Below, piece by piece: positions 12,561-25,191 of a DNA stretch of 64,000 bases. This DNA is from Neoechinorhynchus agilis (lineage: Eukaryota > Animalia > Acanthocephala). The translations under genes were made by a program, and so were the position numbers. The notes below the pieces were generated by a model. That model saw nothing but the letters and a program-made list of their open reading frames with translations. It did not search any database and was not told the DNA's origin. Position 1 is the first letter of the stretch. Each line of letters opens with the position of its first letter. The stretch lies in NCBI GenBank assembly GCA_051530055.1, contig CM121342.1, positions 11,981,480 through 12,045,479 on the forward strand, in the 5' to 3' direction.

Positions 12561-14598
12561 TCTCGAAACTGATATGTTGGAAACCCCTTTGTTCGACTCG
12601 ATCCCTCCGAATATTAAGCCTGTTGTGACCGAATCGCGAATGTTTAGCGTTAAAGACCGTTCGTTTATCGATAGTGAAGTAAAGAGGTTACTTCATGCAG
12701 GCGTGATAAAACCTAGTCGATCTCCGCGGAGATCCCAGATTGTAGTCATCAAAAACGACTCGAATTCAGGCAAGAAGCGATTAGTTATTGATTATTCGCA
12801 GACTGTCAATAGATTTACTTCGTTAGACGCTTACCCATTGCCTAACCTTCACCAGCTTATTAATACCATCGCTCAATGCCGCGTATTTTCGACCTTCGAC
12901 TTAAAAGTGCGTATCATCCAATCGGCATACCTGCTTCCGAAAGACGGTACACCGCTTTCGAAGCGAATGGTAATCTTTACTAATTTACGCGTATACCTTT
13001 TGGCGTTACAAACGGTGTCGCCGCATTTAAAAGGGCGATGGATAATATAATTAAGGAAGAGAATTTGGAGTGTACGATTTCATATCTAGATAATGTTACT
13101 GTAGCAGGTAAATCACAGGAGGAACACGACTCGAATATAAAGCTCTTTATGGAAGCTGCCGAGAAACGGAAGTTGACTTTGAATCATTCCAAAACTATAT
13201 CGTCGGTCCGATCTATCAATCTAATGGGTTACAACATCTGCAATGGAAAGATTCGGCCCGATCCGGAAAGACTGCGCCCCTTATTTGAAATGCCTATTCC
13301 TTCTGATTCAAAGTCTAGCTCGAGTGCTCGGAATGTTGGCCTATTACTCAAAGTGGATCCATGACTTTTCGTCGAAAGCTCAAATACTCAATAAATGTAG
13401 TAAATTTCCGATGGAAACCGATGAGATCAGAGTTCTCAAAGAATCGAAGGAAGAGTTGGGAAACGCATCCTTGGGTGCTATCGACGCGGATAGTCCATTC
13501 ACCGTCGAATGCGACGCGTCTGATGTTGCTGTTTGGGCCACACTGAACCAAAACGGAAGACCTGTGGCCTTCATGACCTGGACCCTTAACAAGTGCGAGA
13601 TGCGATATCCTGCCGTCGAAAAGGAGCCGGTGGCAATCGTCGAAGCTGCCGTAAAGTGGAGACCTCTACTGAATGGGAGACGTTTTCAGCTTATTACTGA
13701 CCAACGATCGGTAGCTTTTATGATGGACAGTCGCCGACGAACCAAAATTAAGAACGACAAGATTCTAGGCTGGATGATTGAGCTCTCTGACCTCTGCTAT
13801 GAAATTCGTTATCGCCCTGGCAAAGATAATATCGCTGCGGATGCGTTATCGAGGGCCAATGCTATCGACCTGACTGACTTAGAAGAGATTCACAAGCAAC
13901 TCTGCCACCCTGGAGTCAGTAGGTTACTTCATTTTGTCAGATCGAAGAAATTACCATTCGCTACATCTGAGGTCAGGTCGATATGCTCGAAATTCAGAAC
14001 GTGCGCTTTTGTGAAACCGCAGTTTTACAGAGCCTCCGTGGACTTCCAACTGATACAGGCATTAAAGCCGATGGATGGGGTATCGATTGACTTTAAAGGC
14101 CCACTTCCGTCCCGTTCTTCCAACAAGTGCATATTTACGGCAATCGATGAATACTCTAGATTCCCGTTTGCCATTCCCTGTGAAAATATCAATAGTCAGA
14201 CGGTAATTCAATGCCTTACTTCAATCTTTTCACTGTGTGGTACTCCTGGATATGTCCATAGCGATCGAGGAGCGGCTTTCCTGAGCAGCGAGATCGAGGA
14301 GCGGCTTTCCTGAGCAGCGAATTAAGTCAGTTCTTGAGGGGTATCATCTTACGGGCAACGCTCAGGTAGAACGATTCAATGGCACGATTTGGAGATCCGT
14401 GAGCTTAACTATCCATTCACGCGGTTTGCGCATATCGGATTGGGATGAGGTATTTCCTCAAGCCTTGCACGCCGCTCGGTCTCTAATCGTACCTCTACTC
14501 CGCACGACCGATTTTTCAGCTTTGCGAGGCGATCGTCTTATGGCTCGTCACTTCCGTCCTGGTTATTGTCTCCAGGTCGAGTATTATTACGCACTTTC

Positions 14599-15437
14599 GT
14601 GCGAAATAAAACAGAACCGCTAGTGCGAGAAGTTGAATTAATAGAAGCGAATTCAGCACATGCAAGAATACGATATGAAGATGGTACGGAAAGTTCAGTT
14701 TCGAGCTTCGGTCGAGAAATCTCTATGCTTTTGGCGTATATACACCGACCTCCTCGTCAGATGAAGAGGCGGTTGAAGGATTTTATGGAAATCTAGCCGA
14801 AGCATTAGATGATATACCGAACAGAGACGATGCGTGCGGGACGTGCATCAGGCCCAGATGGGATAATGGCAGAGGTTCTGAGGTTTGAATCTATTGCCAG
14901 AAAAATCATACCTATAATGAATGGCATAATGAATGGTGGCTCAGTACCTCAAATCTGGCAAACGGCGCATTTAGCAATGATCCCCAAGAAATGCTGCTCG
15001 ACAAAGGTGGAGGACTACAGAGGTATATCCTTGATGTCCAACACGGCAAAACTTTTCAGCAGCATTTTGAGACGCCGAATTCAGCCAATCCTCGGACCGT
15101 TTCTAAGAATTGAACAGAACGGCTTCAGGAAAGGTCGAGGCACCACAGAGCTCATATTGGCTTTGAGGAGGATCCTCGAGGAGGATCCTCGAGGAGGCAC
15201 GGATTCATCAAACGGATGTGACGCTGGTATTTGTTGATTTCTGTCGAGCTTTCGATTCGGTAAATCGAACGATGATTGGCGGTATCTTAAAGGAGTATGG
15301 AGTGCCGCCGATCATTGTCACATCCGTTATGACATTATATAAAAACACAAGGTCCGGCGTAAAGACAGCTGACGGTTTGACAGAATACTTTTCCACCACT
15401 TCAGGTGTTCTGCAGGGCGACACATTAGCTCCTTTCC
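14599..15437 (+). repeat. Second duplicated block (partner 41912-42737)
   Basis: Near-identical. This copy has a 13-bp tandem duplication (GATCCTCGAGGAG, ~15171-15196) that frameshifts the RT, whereas the 42k copy is in frame. Confidence 0.95.
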
Positions 15438-16230
15438 TCTTCATCTTGGTGCTTGATTGGGTAATGAGATGAGCACTACCGCATGATGAAGATGGATTTC
15501 TTCTGTTGAGGAAAAGAGGTCGCAGGTATCCTGAGATACGCGCCTCTTACATGGCATATACCGACCACATCGTATTGATGTCCTAAACAGTCGAAGGAGC
15601 TCAACGCATGCTAACTAGCCTGTGCGAGAGGGCGAGTATGATTGGTTTGACCATCAACTCGAAAAAGACGGAATTCTTGACGATTCCGCATGTCGCGCAT
15701 ACAATCTCTGGCGAAGGGCCGAATGGCGTTGAGCAATTAAAACAGATAGAGCGGTATGTCTATCTGGGAGCTGTCGTTCCTGAGGTGAGTGCGGATGTCA
15801 GCCGACGGAGAGCTATAGCTTGGAGAGCGATGGGGCAACTTAAACCACTGTTTGACAGTGAGTCTTTGCCAGATGAACTCCGTTCGCAGCTGTTCATTGC
15901 TCTAATTGAGAGCAGTCTCTACTACAATGCAGAGACCTGGACACTGTCACCAACGGCGACGAAGCAGTTGGAACAAAATCATTCATCTCTCTTACGTGCG
16001 GCGTTCAAGGTCAGATGGTCAGATAAAGTGACCAACAAAGCATTGTATAAGATAGCCGGATTCTAACCGATCAATGAATATTTGCGCCGCAGACCACTGC
16101 AGTTCACGGGCAATATAATTCGGTCCGAGGCATCTTGCCCACAGGTCGTGCAACAGTTCCTTTTCTGGAAGCCAACGACATTGTATCGTAAAGGCAAAGG
16201 GAACTGTCGTACATACGATGACCTGATTTT
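14716..16230 (+). mobile_element. RTE-clade LINE fragment (short EN piece joined to RT and C-terminus)
   Basis: AYTPTSSSDEEAVEGFYGNL (EN), then GRASGPDGI, DYRGISL, QNGFRKGRGTTE, FVDFCRAFDSV, GVLQGDTLAPFLF, INSKKTE, YVYLG, LYYNAETWTL. Confidence 0.88.
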
Positions 16231-16611
16231 TAGAGACGGGAATTGCCCGCATAACAGGACTGCTGTCGTGTATTTTAGATCCCTTGCGGAGTCTAATTCT
16301 ATTTGACGGGCTTATACCTACGGTGCAACGTAGGAAAGTACCGTTGCATACATACATGTTAAACAAAATTAAGTAGCATGAACTTTGGGAAATTTTTGCA
16401 TTATTCTTGATAAAGAATGCCCCGTTCCTTCCGAAGTTGCTGTACAAGTTGCGTACAACGCTCTTCTTCAAACACCGACACTCCTTGGGGAAAATCGATT
16501 ACAATTTAAGGATGTGCCTCGAAGGGATTTTAAATATAGCAGAAGGTTTCGTTTGAGCCCAATGGAGGTATTGTTTTAAGATCGAACATGTTTTCGAAAA
16601 GGCACAGTGCC

Positions 16612-17330
16612 CTAGTTGTTTACAGTTTCAGCAACATTTCGTGTCCTTCGGGCAAGTCGAAGAGTGATGGTTGCGCGCACAAAATGCGCAGGCGGTCTTT
16701 TTTGTAGGGCATCGTAATTGCTTAAGTGTGGGATCGTGAAGTCGTCCAGTTTCGAAATCTTGTTCATAGCGAATTTAACTTCCATTCCTTGGAAGATGCA
16801 TCGCTCACAGATTAAGGCATCTCTCCGATCGACCGGAGCTTTGACGACCGTTCTGGGAATAAGTTTGGCCGGTTTAAGGAAGAATAATATTTCAACCAAA
16901 TTTGCCTTCGAACGATTTTTTGTCTGTAGCGTCGATGTCGGGAGACAACCCATTAACCAGGAAGGTTGATTGATAGTTTGAGTTTTAGCAATTTGAACGC
17001 CTGAGGTGTCACAGTTTGTTTTGGTGAAATTGTGAAAGTTGCTGAGATGGAGACTGTTATAGAAGTATATTTTCATTTGACCGGAAAAATATGTAGTAGA
17101 GGAGATTCTTATATCATTTTTTAACGTTTTAAGCCATTGGGACAGGAGTCGTTTTAATAGTTCTTCTCGAGATAGAACAGGATTAGATTTTGTACAAATA
17201 ACGTGAGGTTTTTTCTTAGACGATGCGTCCAAGAAGACGTGTTCCTCGAATAAGCTGATTAGATTTTTTTACCTCAGAGAGCAATATCTCTTTTGTTGAA
17301 GAAGATATAGGTATCTTCAGTGAATTGGAT
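16612..17330 (-). mobile_element. LINE ORF1 fragment, same family as 31391..32370
   Basis: PRTVVKAPVDRRDALICERCIFQGMEV aligns with PRAVVKADIGTRDALLTQRCFFQWMEI. Confidence 0.7.
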
Positions 17331-17336
17331 GGCCGT

Positions 17337-19440
17337 ATTATTTATTTTTTTATTTATTATCAAAGCCTCATGCGCTCGTTTCAGGAAAGGGGAGCAGAAC
17401 CATATTTTGGATAAAAATAATTTGTTTAAAAAAGACTAGAGGATCCCCATCAAATTTCAATTTCAAAAATATTTTATTTAATTTAAAAATAAAGATTTCA
17501 AAAAGTGTACCCTCAGTTCCGGAGGTATGCCGCATGCGAAAAAGCACAAAGACCCTCTTTTTGAGCACTCGTAATAGAATTGGAATAGGCACTAGAAGAT
17601 ACCTTGAGCGCTTTATGAGTGATTTAATTTTTAAAAACTGCTCCTCAAAGAGGTGTCAATAAAAATCCGGTTTTTAGTTGAAGGGAAATCAATTCCCAAC
17701 ACACGAGTGTCTCTTAATTGTAAACGTTTTGTAAAATGGAGACGTGGTAAATAAGAGAGCCAGCGATTTCCTTGATCCAACGGACTTGGTAAGAGGAATT
17801 ATAGAAGATTTATTAAGATTTAAGATAAGATTGCCTTTTGATAAAGAGGAGAGTTTCGAAACAATAAAAGCCCTGAAGCGGGCCTTACAGAAAAGAAAGA
17901 TGTCGTCAGCATAAACAATAGGACTAATAAAATGGTAGCCCTTGATGTCTTTGAAAATATAAGCCATAGAGATAAAAAAAGAGAGTGGGGGACAAAGGAG
18001 AGCCTTGAGGCAGACCGAAGCGGGGAAAAAATTTAATTCGGGATGGATCGACTTCATAAAAAAGGGTTTTGTAAAAAATATTAAGAGGAATCTTGTAAAA
18101 GGTAAGGGCTTTATATAAGAGAGTTCTGTCCAAGGCATCAAAAGTCTTATTCAAATCGAGCTGGATCAGAACTTTGTTTGTATTATAAGCCGCATTTAAG
18201 TCGTGCAACTCCGATAGAAGGGAATGAACTCCCCGCCGGCGTACAAATCCATGAAAATATTTAGGGATTATGCGTCGTTTTTCTAAGAAATCCAACAATT
18301 CATAGTTAATGATTCTCTCCAGACAGGATATGATGGGATTCTGAATCGCAATTATTCTAATATGACTGGGGCGAGTAATACATCCCTTGGATTTTAACAA
18401 CATTTATTTTTAACAAATCCGCAAAGTTAAGTTTAGATTTAATGAATTTGTTGAAAAAAGCTGATTTATTATCAGGATTGATTTCAGAAAATTTTTTAGG
18501 AGAAACAAAAGAGTCATTGTATGCGCTGGAAGTATGGGATTTGCAAGCGTGTAAAACTTGTTGAAGCGTCAATCGCCAAGTGAATTTCTTTAGCTGTAAA
18601 ATGGCTATTAGTGGTTGGTCGCAGGCACTAAAAGTATGTGCTGTCAAAATTTCTCCGACAACCGTTGGATACGAATTAGAACCAATCTATTTCGTCGCCT
18701 TAGCTTTCCAGCTAATAAAACGCTTATTAAGAATTGTAGCCCAATATGTTTTTCCTAAAATAGCCTGTTTTAGTAATAAAGTCCTCATCGCCCTGTAGGT
18801 TAGCGATCAGTGCTTGTTTGTATCTGAAATTCGCCTTTCTGGAGAAAGAAGGTCTTCTTATAAAGTTAGAACAAACCATGTTTCTCTTTGCAGAGTTCAA
18901 AACTATTGAATTAAAGTCCGAGAGACTGATACTGGTCAAAGGCGTGAGATTTTGACAAATTTCCAAATTAAAATTATTAAGATTAGCTTTGTTTAAAATA
19001 AAAGTATCCTTCAGTGAGGGACGTGACGAGCTAAAAATAATAAGATCGTGTCCCATTCGCAACTGTGACTGGACTTGAAATCTGGGATAAAGGTTGATCG
19101 GGAAGGATTTCCTTACAATGGCTCCATCAATAAAAGAATGTCGATTACGTGTCAAGTTATGAAACGGGGGGAAATGGGGTAACACGAATTCGTGATCTTT
19201 AAAACCAGGTCGCATAGTCGATAAGTAGCTCGTGTTGAAATCACCGATTATTAAATCCGGATTCCAGAATAGTAAGAAATTTTGGAATTTTCTTAAAAAC
19301 TTGACAACGCATCCAGTTTGTACATAAATATTCGCAATAATAAGAGTGGGGTGGAGCTGTCACATTCCTGTCAGAGGGAGAGTGTTCCCTCTTTGTTGTA
19401 CTGAGGAGTGGGGACGCGGATTGGATCAATTTTAACATAT
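17337..19440 (-). mobile_element. APE-type LINE ORF2 (EN-RT-C-terminus), frameshifted, with (TAAA/A)-rich 3' tail at ~17337-17360
   Basis: IIANIY...LIIGDFN, GHDLI (EN); RIIAIQNP...CLERI, QLDLNKTFD, GLPQGSPLSP, YADD, INLNKS. Minus-strand tail ATAATAAATAAAAAAATAAATAAT. Confidence 0.88.
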
Positions 19441-19449
19441 TCTGTAGGG

Positions 19450-21255
19450 GGACCGAGACTGACCCGTGTCCTGATTAGTGTTGCAGAATGTGTTGAGAAT
19501 TTCAATAATCCATTTAATCATTTTTTTAACATTTCGTTTTCCTCCATTACATCAACATCAGCAGGAGGGTAATTGTGCATCAAGGGTAGTATTGACGTTG
19601 GGGGGGGTTCAACATAAGGCTTCCGCAGGAAGTGTATGTGAATACGATCAAAGCGGTGGGAATCCATGAAGGGCTGGACCGTTGCTTGAAATTACATGAT
19701 AAATTATTCCAGCAAAAGACGGAACCGATCAGAAATATGGTAGTCAGATTGAATCTCAGTCGAACAGCGGAACCCATTTTCGCATCAGCAAGAAGGATAC
19801 CATTCGCATTGGAACAACCTGCGAGGGAAGAAATTATGCGACTGGTTGATGGAGGAATCTTGGAGGCCGTAGATATGGCGCAAGAACAAGTAGAATGGGC
19901 CACACCGATTGTCGTCGTCCGGAAGTCAAATGGGAAGGTCCGTATCTGTGGCGATTTCAAAGTTACACTGAACAGGTTCCTGGCGGCTGATAGTTATAAC
20001 ATTCCGTGTTTGGAAGATGTGCCGAGGAAGCTATACGGGGGTCAGAAATACACAGTAATCGATTTATCGGACGCGTATCTTCAGTTAGAAGTCGATCAAA
20101 CAACCAAGAACTTGCTAACAATCGCGACTCCATGGGGATTATACCGTTACAAAAGGCTTCCTTTCGGAGTATCGTCAGCCCCAAAAATTTTCCAGAAGTT
20201 CATGGATCAGCTGTTGGATGGCGTACCTTCAACCAAAGCTTATTTGGATGATATTATCATCACAGGCGCGAACGACGAGGAGCATATTCAAAACCTAAAT
20301 ACGGTGTTGACGAAGTTGGAAGAAGTCGGAATAAATGTTAGAAGAGAAAAATGTCAGTTCATTAAAAGAGTGGTTAAATATTTGGGGCATATGTTGGTTC
20401 ATGGCAAGTTGTGTGCAAACAGCGAAAAAGTAGATGACTTACAAAGAGCAATGGAACCCAGGAACAAAAGAGAGCTGCGTGCGTTTTTGGGAACTGCGAA
20501 CTTCCTGGATCGCTTTATTCCGAACTTTCAGGCGATCTGCGCACCCCTATATGATTTGATTAAGACAAAAGCTGTTTGGATATGGCGGAAGGAGCAGACA
20601 GCGGTGTTCGAGCGCGTCAAGGAAGCTATCGCGAATCACATTTCTTTAAAATTATATGACGAAAAGAAACCACTAATTTTGGCGTGCGATGCAAGTGACT
20701 ATGGTATTGGAGCCGCCTTATTCCAGGCCGACGGTCGTGGACCCAGGGAAGCGCCAATTATTTTGACGTCACGAAAACTTAATCCCACGGAAGTGCGATA
20801 TGCTGCCATAGACAAAGAAGCCTTGGCCATCGTGCACGCAATCAAGCGTTTTCATAAATACCTTTATGGGCGACATTTTGTGTTAGAAACTGATCACCAA
20901 GGGACCTCAGCAAGATGACCAACGGAAGGTTAGTGCGTTGGGCGATAATGCTAAACGAATATAACTTCGATATAAGATACGTTAAAGGAAAAACAAATTT
21001 GTATGCTGACTGCTTATCGAGGTTACCGAACGATCAGAAGAAATTTACTGTTAATTCAGTAGATGTAAAGTTACTAGCTGCAAATCACCAACAACGCGTT
21101 GAGGAGATACAGTTGTCGCGAAAAACGCTCGAGTTAGCAACTAAGCAGGATCGGACGTTCAAAAAGCTGCGGCAGCAATTGAAATACGGCTGGTCATCTA
21201 AAATGGACAGAGTTGATGATGCATACTGGAACCGGAGGGACGAATTGGCGGAGGG
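19450..21255 (+). mobile_element. Ty3/gypsy (Mag/K02A2.6-like) pol fragment, RT plus RNase H
   Basis: WATPIVVVRKSNGKVRICGDFKVTLN, IDLSDAYLQ, YKRLPFGVSSAPKIFQ, YLDD, LACDASDYGIGA, YAAIDKEALA. Confidence 0.95.
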
Positions 21256-22830
21256 GCACCCAATCGATAAACCTTTCACTGATATCATCATCTTTCTTGT
21301 TCACTAAAATAGGTTCAGTTTTTGACAACTTTTTTACAGGGAAAACGCGTTCGCCATCGACTTTTTTGGCTGTCACAGTCTTTTCTGTCGCTTCCCTTAA
21401 AATATCTTCCTCGAATTGCTCAATGGTTTTTTTCCAGTCACCAAAATCGGTTTTCGTAGTAGCCGCAATCCGTGCAAGATTAGTAGTTGATTTCTTTAAT
21501 CGAGAAATCTCATTCAGTCTAACTTTTAATCTCAATCGCTGTCGCGAATCTAGCGCACCGTTCACAAGAGATTGAACATACGCGTCCACGTCACCATCCT
21601 CCGCTGCTTTCTCTGCCTTCGCCGATTTGTCCAAATCTAACTTAATACCTTGCTCCTCACGTATCAGCGTCTTCATATCCTCAGCCTAAAAAGTATTAAT
21701 TATCTATGTGCATTTATATCGAATGTTTTACCAAACTGCGAGTGGTTTTGATCGCTGCCATCTCCTCATTCTTCCCAACGCCCATCCTTTCCATTCGACG
21801 AGCTCTTTTCTTTTCCAAATCGCCTGTCCGATCGAAAAAGGTATCTTCATCGCTATCGTAATAATCATTTGCTTCCCAATCTCTGTTTTGTCTTTTAGTT
21901 TGTTCTTCTCGCAGCACACCCAATCTATCGAGATACTCACAAGCTTCCAGTGCGCATTTCCTAACACAGTCCGTTTTTCTACCGTCTTCAAGTGTAGTCT
22001 CTATTATAACTGAACGACCGGTATCTGGATCAATGTACGGGAGACTATCTTTTAGATTTAGAATTGAACTCGAGAAAATGAAATACTCACGAAACACTGC
22101 AATTATGTGTGCTCCAGTCTAGAGATTTCACGTCGAACTCCAGCACTTGCCCTATGTTGATTGTGAAAAAACGAAACAGCTTATCATTTTGTTTATTTGA
22201 GCAAACATTCGAGGGACTTTTAGACAAAAATCAAAAGGACAAAATTTCTTATTTTTCCCGTGTTAAAAAACGAAAAAACTTAATGATCTTTTAGTTTGTT
22301 GAAAAAGCCAATATACCTTCCTTATCGAAGAATTGATTTAAAGCTGATTTTGGATCAGCATAGTAAAACTGATCAATTGCGTTGTAGCCATCTGTATCCT
22401 TTTCTGAAGTCACAATCAGTTGGGAGTCCACGGCTAAATCCTTCATTCCCCAGTCAATATCTCTTCGATCATTCACGTTGTTCTTGATTCGCTTTTCTCT
22501 CACAGTTCGATTAATCCGTTTGTACTTTTCGTACAGCTTCTTCATTTGTTCACGTGAAGGAGCACGGGTATCGTCCTCAATGAGATCTTGCGGATCTAAA
22601 TCGCCTTCAAATACATAAAGGCGCGTACTTGCACCAAATCGAACGCTATAACCCGATCGGAGCTCAACATAGCAGCGCTTACTAATAAGACTTTTATTAA
22701 CGAAGGTTCCATTTGAGCTGCCGAGATCGTAAATGTAAAGCAACTTCCTCTCACTCGACCACTGCAAGACCGCATGGTACCGAGAAATACTGTCATGTTT
22801 CATTATGGCAAAATATCACAATCGGGCATG
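21194..22830 (-). pseudogene. SLC4A1AP: Kanadaptin-like gene (FHA, dsRBD-like and coiled-coil regions); spliced core intact, both ends damaged. GT-AG introns 22316-22152 (165 nt), 22090-22045 (46 nt), 21731-21686 (46 nt)
   Basis: HDSISRYHAVLQ...DLGSSNGTFVN (FHA); YADPKSALNQFFDKEG|QVLEFDV...CSVS|LPYID...CALEACEYLDRLGVLR...DYYDSDEDTFFDRTGDLEKKR; ends IDWVP then runs into gypsy sequence. The three introns restore one frame. There is a frameshift just upstream of 22803. Confidence 0.8.
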
Positions 22831-23124
22831 AATAGTGAACGCCTTGTAAGGAGTTGGAAAATTGCATTATCGATAAAATCTACATTGATTGTCACATTCG
22901 CGACCAAAAAACCAATTGGTGACTGATAAAAAACAATTTTTTTACAACGGGAATTATTAAAAAATGGTTGACCTTGTGAATTCCACTGATGTATTCATCA
23001 ACTAAAACTCACAAAGTTTCAAAACCGAAAGTTCTCACAAGATTTACAAATTCTAAGTGTGAAACTTTTTTTAGAATTTTTATAAGTGGCTTAGCCGGTA
23101 GTCTTTTTTATAGATATATTATTA

Positions 23125-23700
23125 TTCCATATACGGCCGAATGGGCACACAGTCCACCGATTTCGGTCTGGGAAGCGCTGGTCTGCGCTCAATGCCCATG
23201 GCCGTGCGGTTATGAGTTTGTACGCAACTCATCAGTGAGTTTCCGCCCTTCAGCAGTATTTTGGTCCCTTTGATGTGAGTCATCGGTGGTAACGGATTCG
23301 AACCCGTTGCCCCTTAACTGCGATCTGGAGCATCAGTCCAATTGACCACCTCAGTACACTGCTTAAGGTCGTTCAAACTTAACTGGTATCTGGAGTGTTA
23401 GTCCACTTTACCAGCTCAGTACACTGCAGAAGGTGGCCAAGTGGACTAATGCTCCAGATCTCAGTTAAGGGTCAACGGGTTCGAATCCGTTAAAGCCGAT
23501 CACGCACAACAAAAGGGGACGAAATACTGCTGAAGGGCGGAAATTCACGGATGAGTCCCGCCTCCCCGGGAGGTATCTGAGAATCCGGAGGGGTGTACAA
23601 ACTTAACCGTACGGTCTTGGGGCATTGAGTGCAGACCAGCGCTTCGCAGACCGAAATCGGTGGACGGCGTTTGTCCATTCGGCCGTGTATGGAAAAAATA
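23125..23700. mobile_element. Two tRNA-derived SINE copies head-to-head (minus ~23125-23362, plus ~23428-23700) with a third truncated head between
   Basis: Pol III A box TGGCCAAGTGG / TGGTCAATTGG and B box GGTTCGAATCC in both copies. Bodies align as an imperfect inverted repeat. Confidence 0.8.
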
Positions 23701-23933
23701 TCTAAATGTGAAACGTTTGAAGATTTGCTAGCAATAAAGTATTCATTCTTTAAAAAGTAGCAATCGACCAAACCAAATACTTTCCTTGACAAACAACCGT
23801 CGGGTACACAATGCGAGTGACTACTCGTGTAAAACAGCTATAAACGAAAACGATTTTCTAAGACGCTCAAATTTTATAACCTTTAAATAAACTGAAAGAT
23901 ATAATGAGTAGTGAAGATGAAGGGTAGAGATTA

Positions 23934-24135
23934 TTACCAAATCAAGCAACGAATTGTGAAATTCTGCATTATTATATCATTATCGTTAGCCTTCCCCACT
24001 TTTGTAAAAGATCGAAAATTCGAAAGTTTCACATTTTCCAATACGGAACCGTTCTTTATTACCTCAAAACGGAAATGGGCAGGCGGAATGTCTTTTTGAG
24101 AACACCAATCGGGTTCGAGATAGTACGTCATACAA
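23934..24135 (-). pseudogene. N-terminal fragment of a second FHA-domain (kanadaptin/NIPP1-like) gene
   Basis: YYLEPDW...HFRFEVIKNGSVLENVKL...KVGKANDNDIIMQNFTIR resembles the EPxW...LEVxKxG...GR...D segment preceding such FHA domains; truncated. Confidence 0.55.
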
Positions 24136-24552
24136 ATACGTGAGAATCGGACACCCAAAAGACACGGATTGTCGATGAGTCTTCCGGTTTCAATGTTCTC
24201 TTTAAAGATCGGCTTGAAACAAAAGTTTACCCGTCCACTTTGTTTCATGGACTCTTTGACCGTGGTTCGTGCTCACATTCTAAAATCGCTATTTTAGCAA
24301 CTTTGCGTTGTTATAGTTTCCTAGTAAAGCATTTGCTTGCGCTTTTCGAACATCGTGATAAAAGTTCTTATCCGAAATTATAGGCATGTTTTAGAAACAA
24401 GATGTATCGATGTTTTGAAAAACTTGTCCGTGTACGTTGATCGATTTGATAACATTGCAGCTAAATGTACAATATTTGCTGCCTTTGCCGAATGGATAAA
24501 AGTGAACCCGTAGATCAGTTGAAGGTATCTTCTTTTGTGACTTCTGCGATCA

Positions 24553-25191
24553 ATGGCGTTCGTTCGATTACTTCTCGCGCTCTTCGTTACATTGAGAACG
24601 TTTTCTGCGATGGAAATGGTTAAGTTAATGCAGACTGGCAATGAACCAAACGCAACAATTATTGAAGAGAGAGGCTGCGGATGTATGGACTGTCAGGAAC
24701 TTCTTTCTTGTTCTGCCCCAAAAACAATCCAAGCGACAACATGTCAACCACATTGTCCACTAATATGTTCAGCAAACTGCCCACCAACCTGCCAACCATA
24801 CTACCCACCAACGTGTCCACCAACTTACCCACCAACGTGCCCGCCACATTGTCTACCAATCTGTCCACCAACCTGCCAACCATACTGCCCACCAACCTGC
24901 CCAGCAACCTGCCCACCAACGTGCCCTCCACATTGTCTACCAATATGCCGAGCAACCTGCCCACCAACGTGTCCACCAACTTACCCACCAACGTGCCCGC
25001 CACATTGTCTACCAATCTGTCCACCAATCTGCCAAGCAACCTGCCCACTAACGTGCCCACCAAACTGTCAACCAACTTGCCAACCACACTGCCCGCCAAC
25101 GTGCCGACCAAGCCGCCGACCAACCTGCAACATTCCGGCACTTTGCATCGACCAGAATGTTTGCCCACCAAAGTATATTGGTTGCTGCTAG
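24553..25191 (+). CDS. Secreted Cys/Pro-rich repeat protein, paralogue 2 (212 aa)
   Basis: Same signal and pro-region ([14 protein letters not shown]), longer (CPPT/CLPI) repeat, same C-terminal CNIPA.C..QNVCPPK.IGCC. Confidence 0.88.
   Translation: MAFVRLLLALFVTLRTFSAMEMVKLMQTGNEPNATIIEERGCGCMDCQELLSCSAPKTIQATTCQPHCPLICSANCPPTCQPYYPPTCPPTYPPTCPPHCLPICPPTCQPYCPPTCPATCPPTCPPHCLPICRATCPPTCPPTYPPTCPPHCLPICPPICQATCPLTCPPNCQPTCQPHCPPTCRPSRRPTCNIPALCIDQNVCPPKYIGCC

Larger units (their letters stand above)
10162..14715 (+). mobile_element. Ty3/gypsy internal region: gag with CCHC knuckles, protease, RT, RNase H, integrase; degenerate and interrupted by a PLE
   Basis: MERVLSPEKL...YWKKTFDNF; CWFCG...HPKSRC and CSKCGKIGHWGQVC; MIDTGSSSNF; RLVIDYSQTVNRFTSLDAYPLP; YLDN; VECDASD; HKQLCHPG...C; IDFKGP...IDEYSRFPFA...VHSDRG. 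A 29-bp tandem duplication at 14263-14320 breaks the integrase frame. Confidence 0.93.

Noticed and set aside
22860-22970. Plus-strand fragments ELLKNG and CIIDKIYIDCHI as an inverted piece of the missing FHA N-terminus
   Set aside because: Short, out of order and AT-rich; chance cannot be excluded.
23428-23495. Functional tRNA gene
   Set aside because: A and B boxes are present but acceptor and anticodon stems do not pair, and it continues into a shared SINE body.
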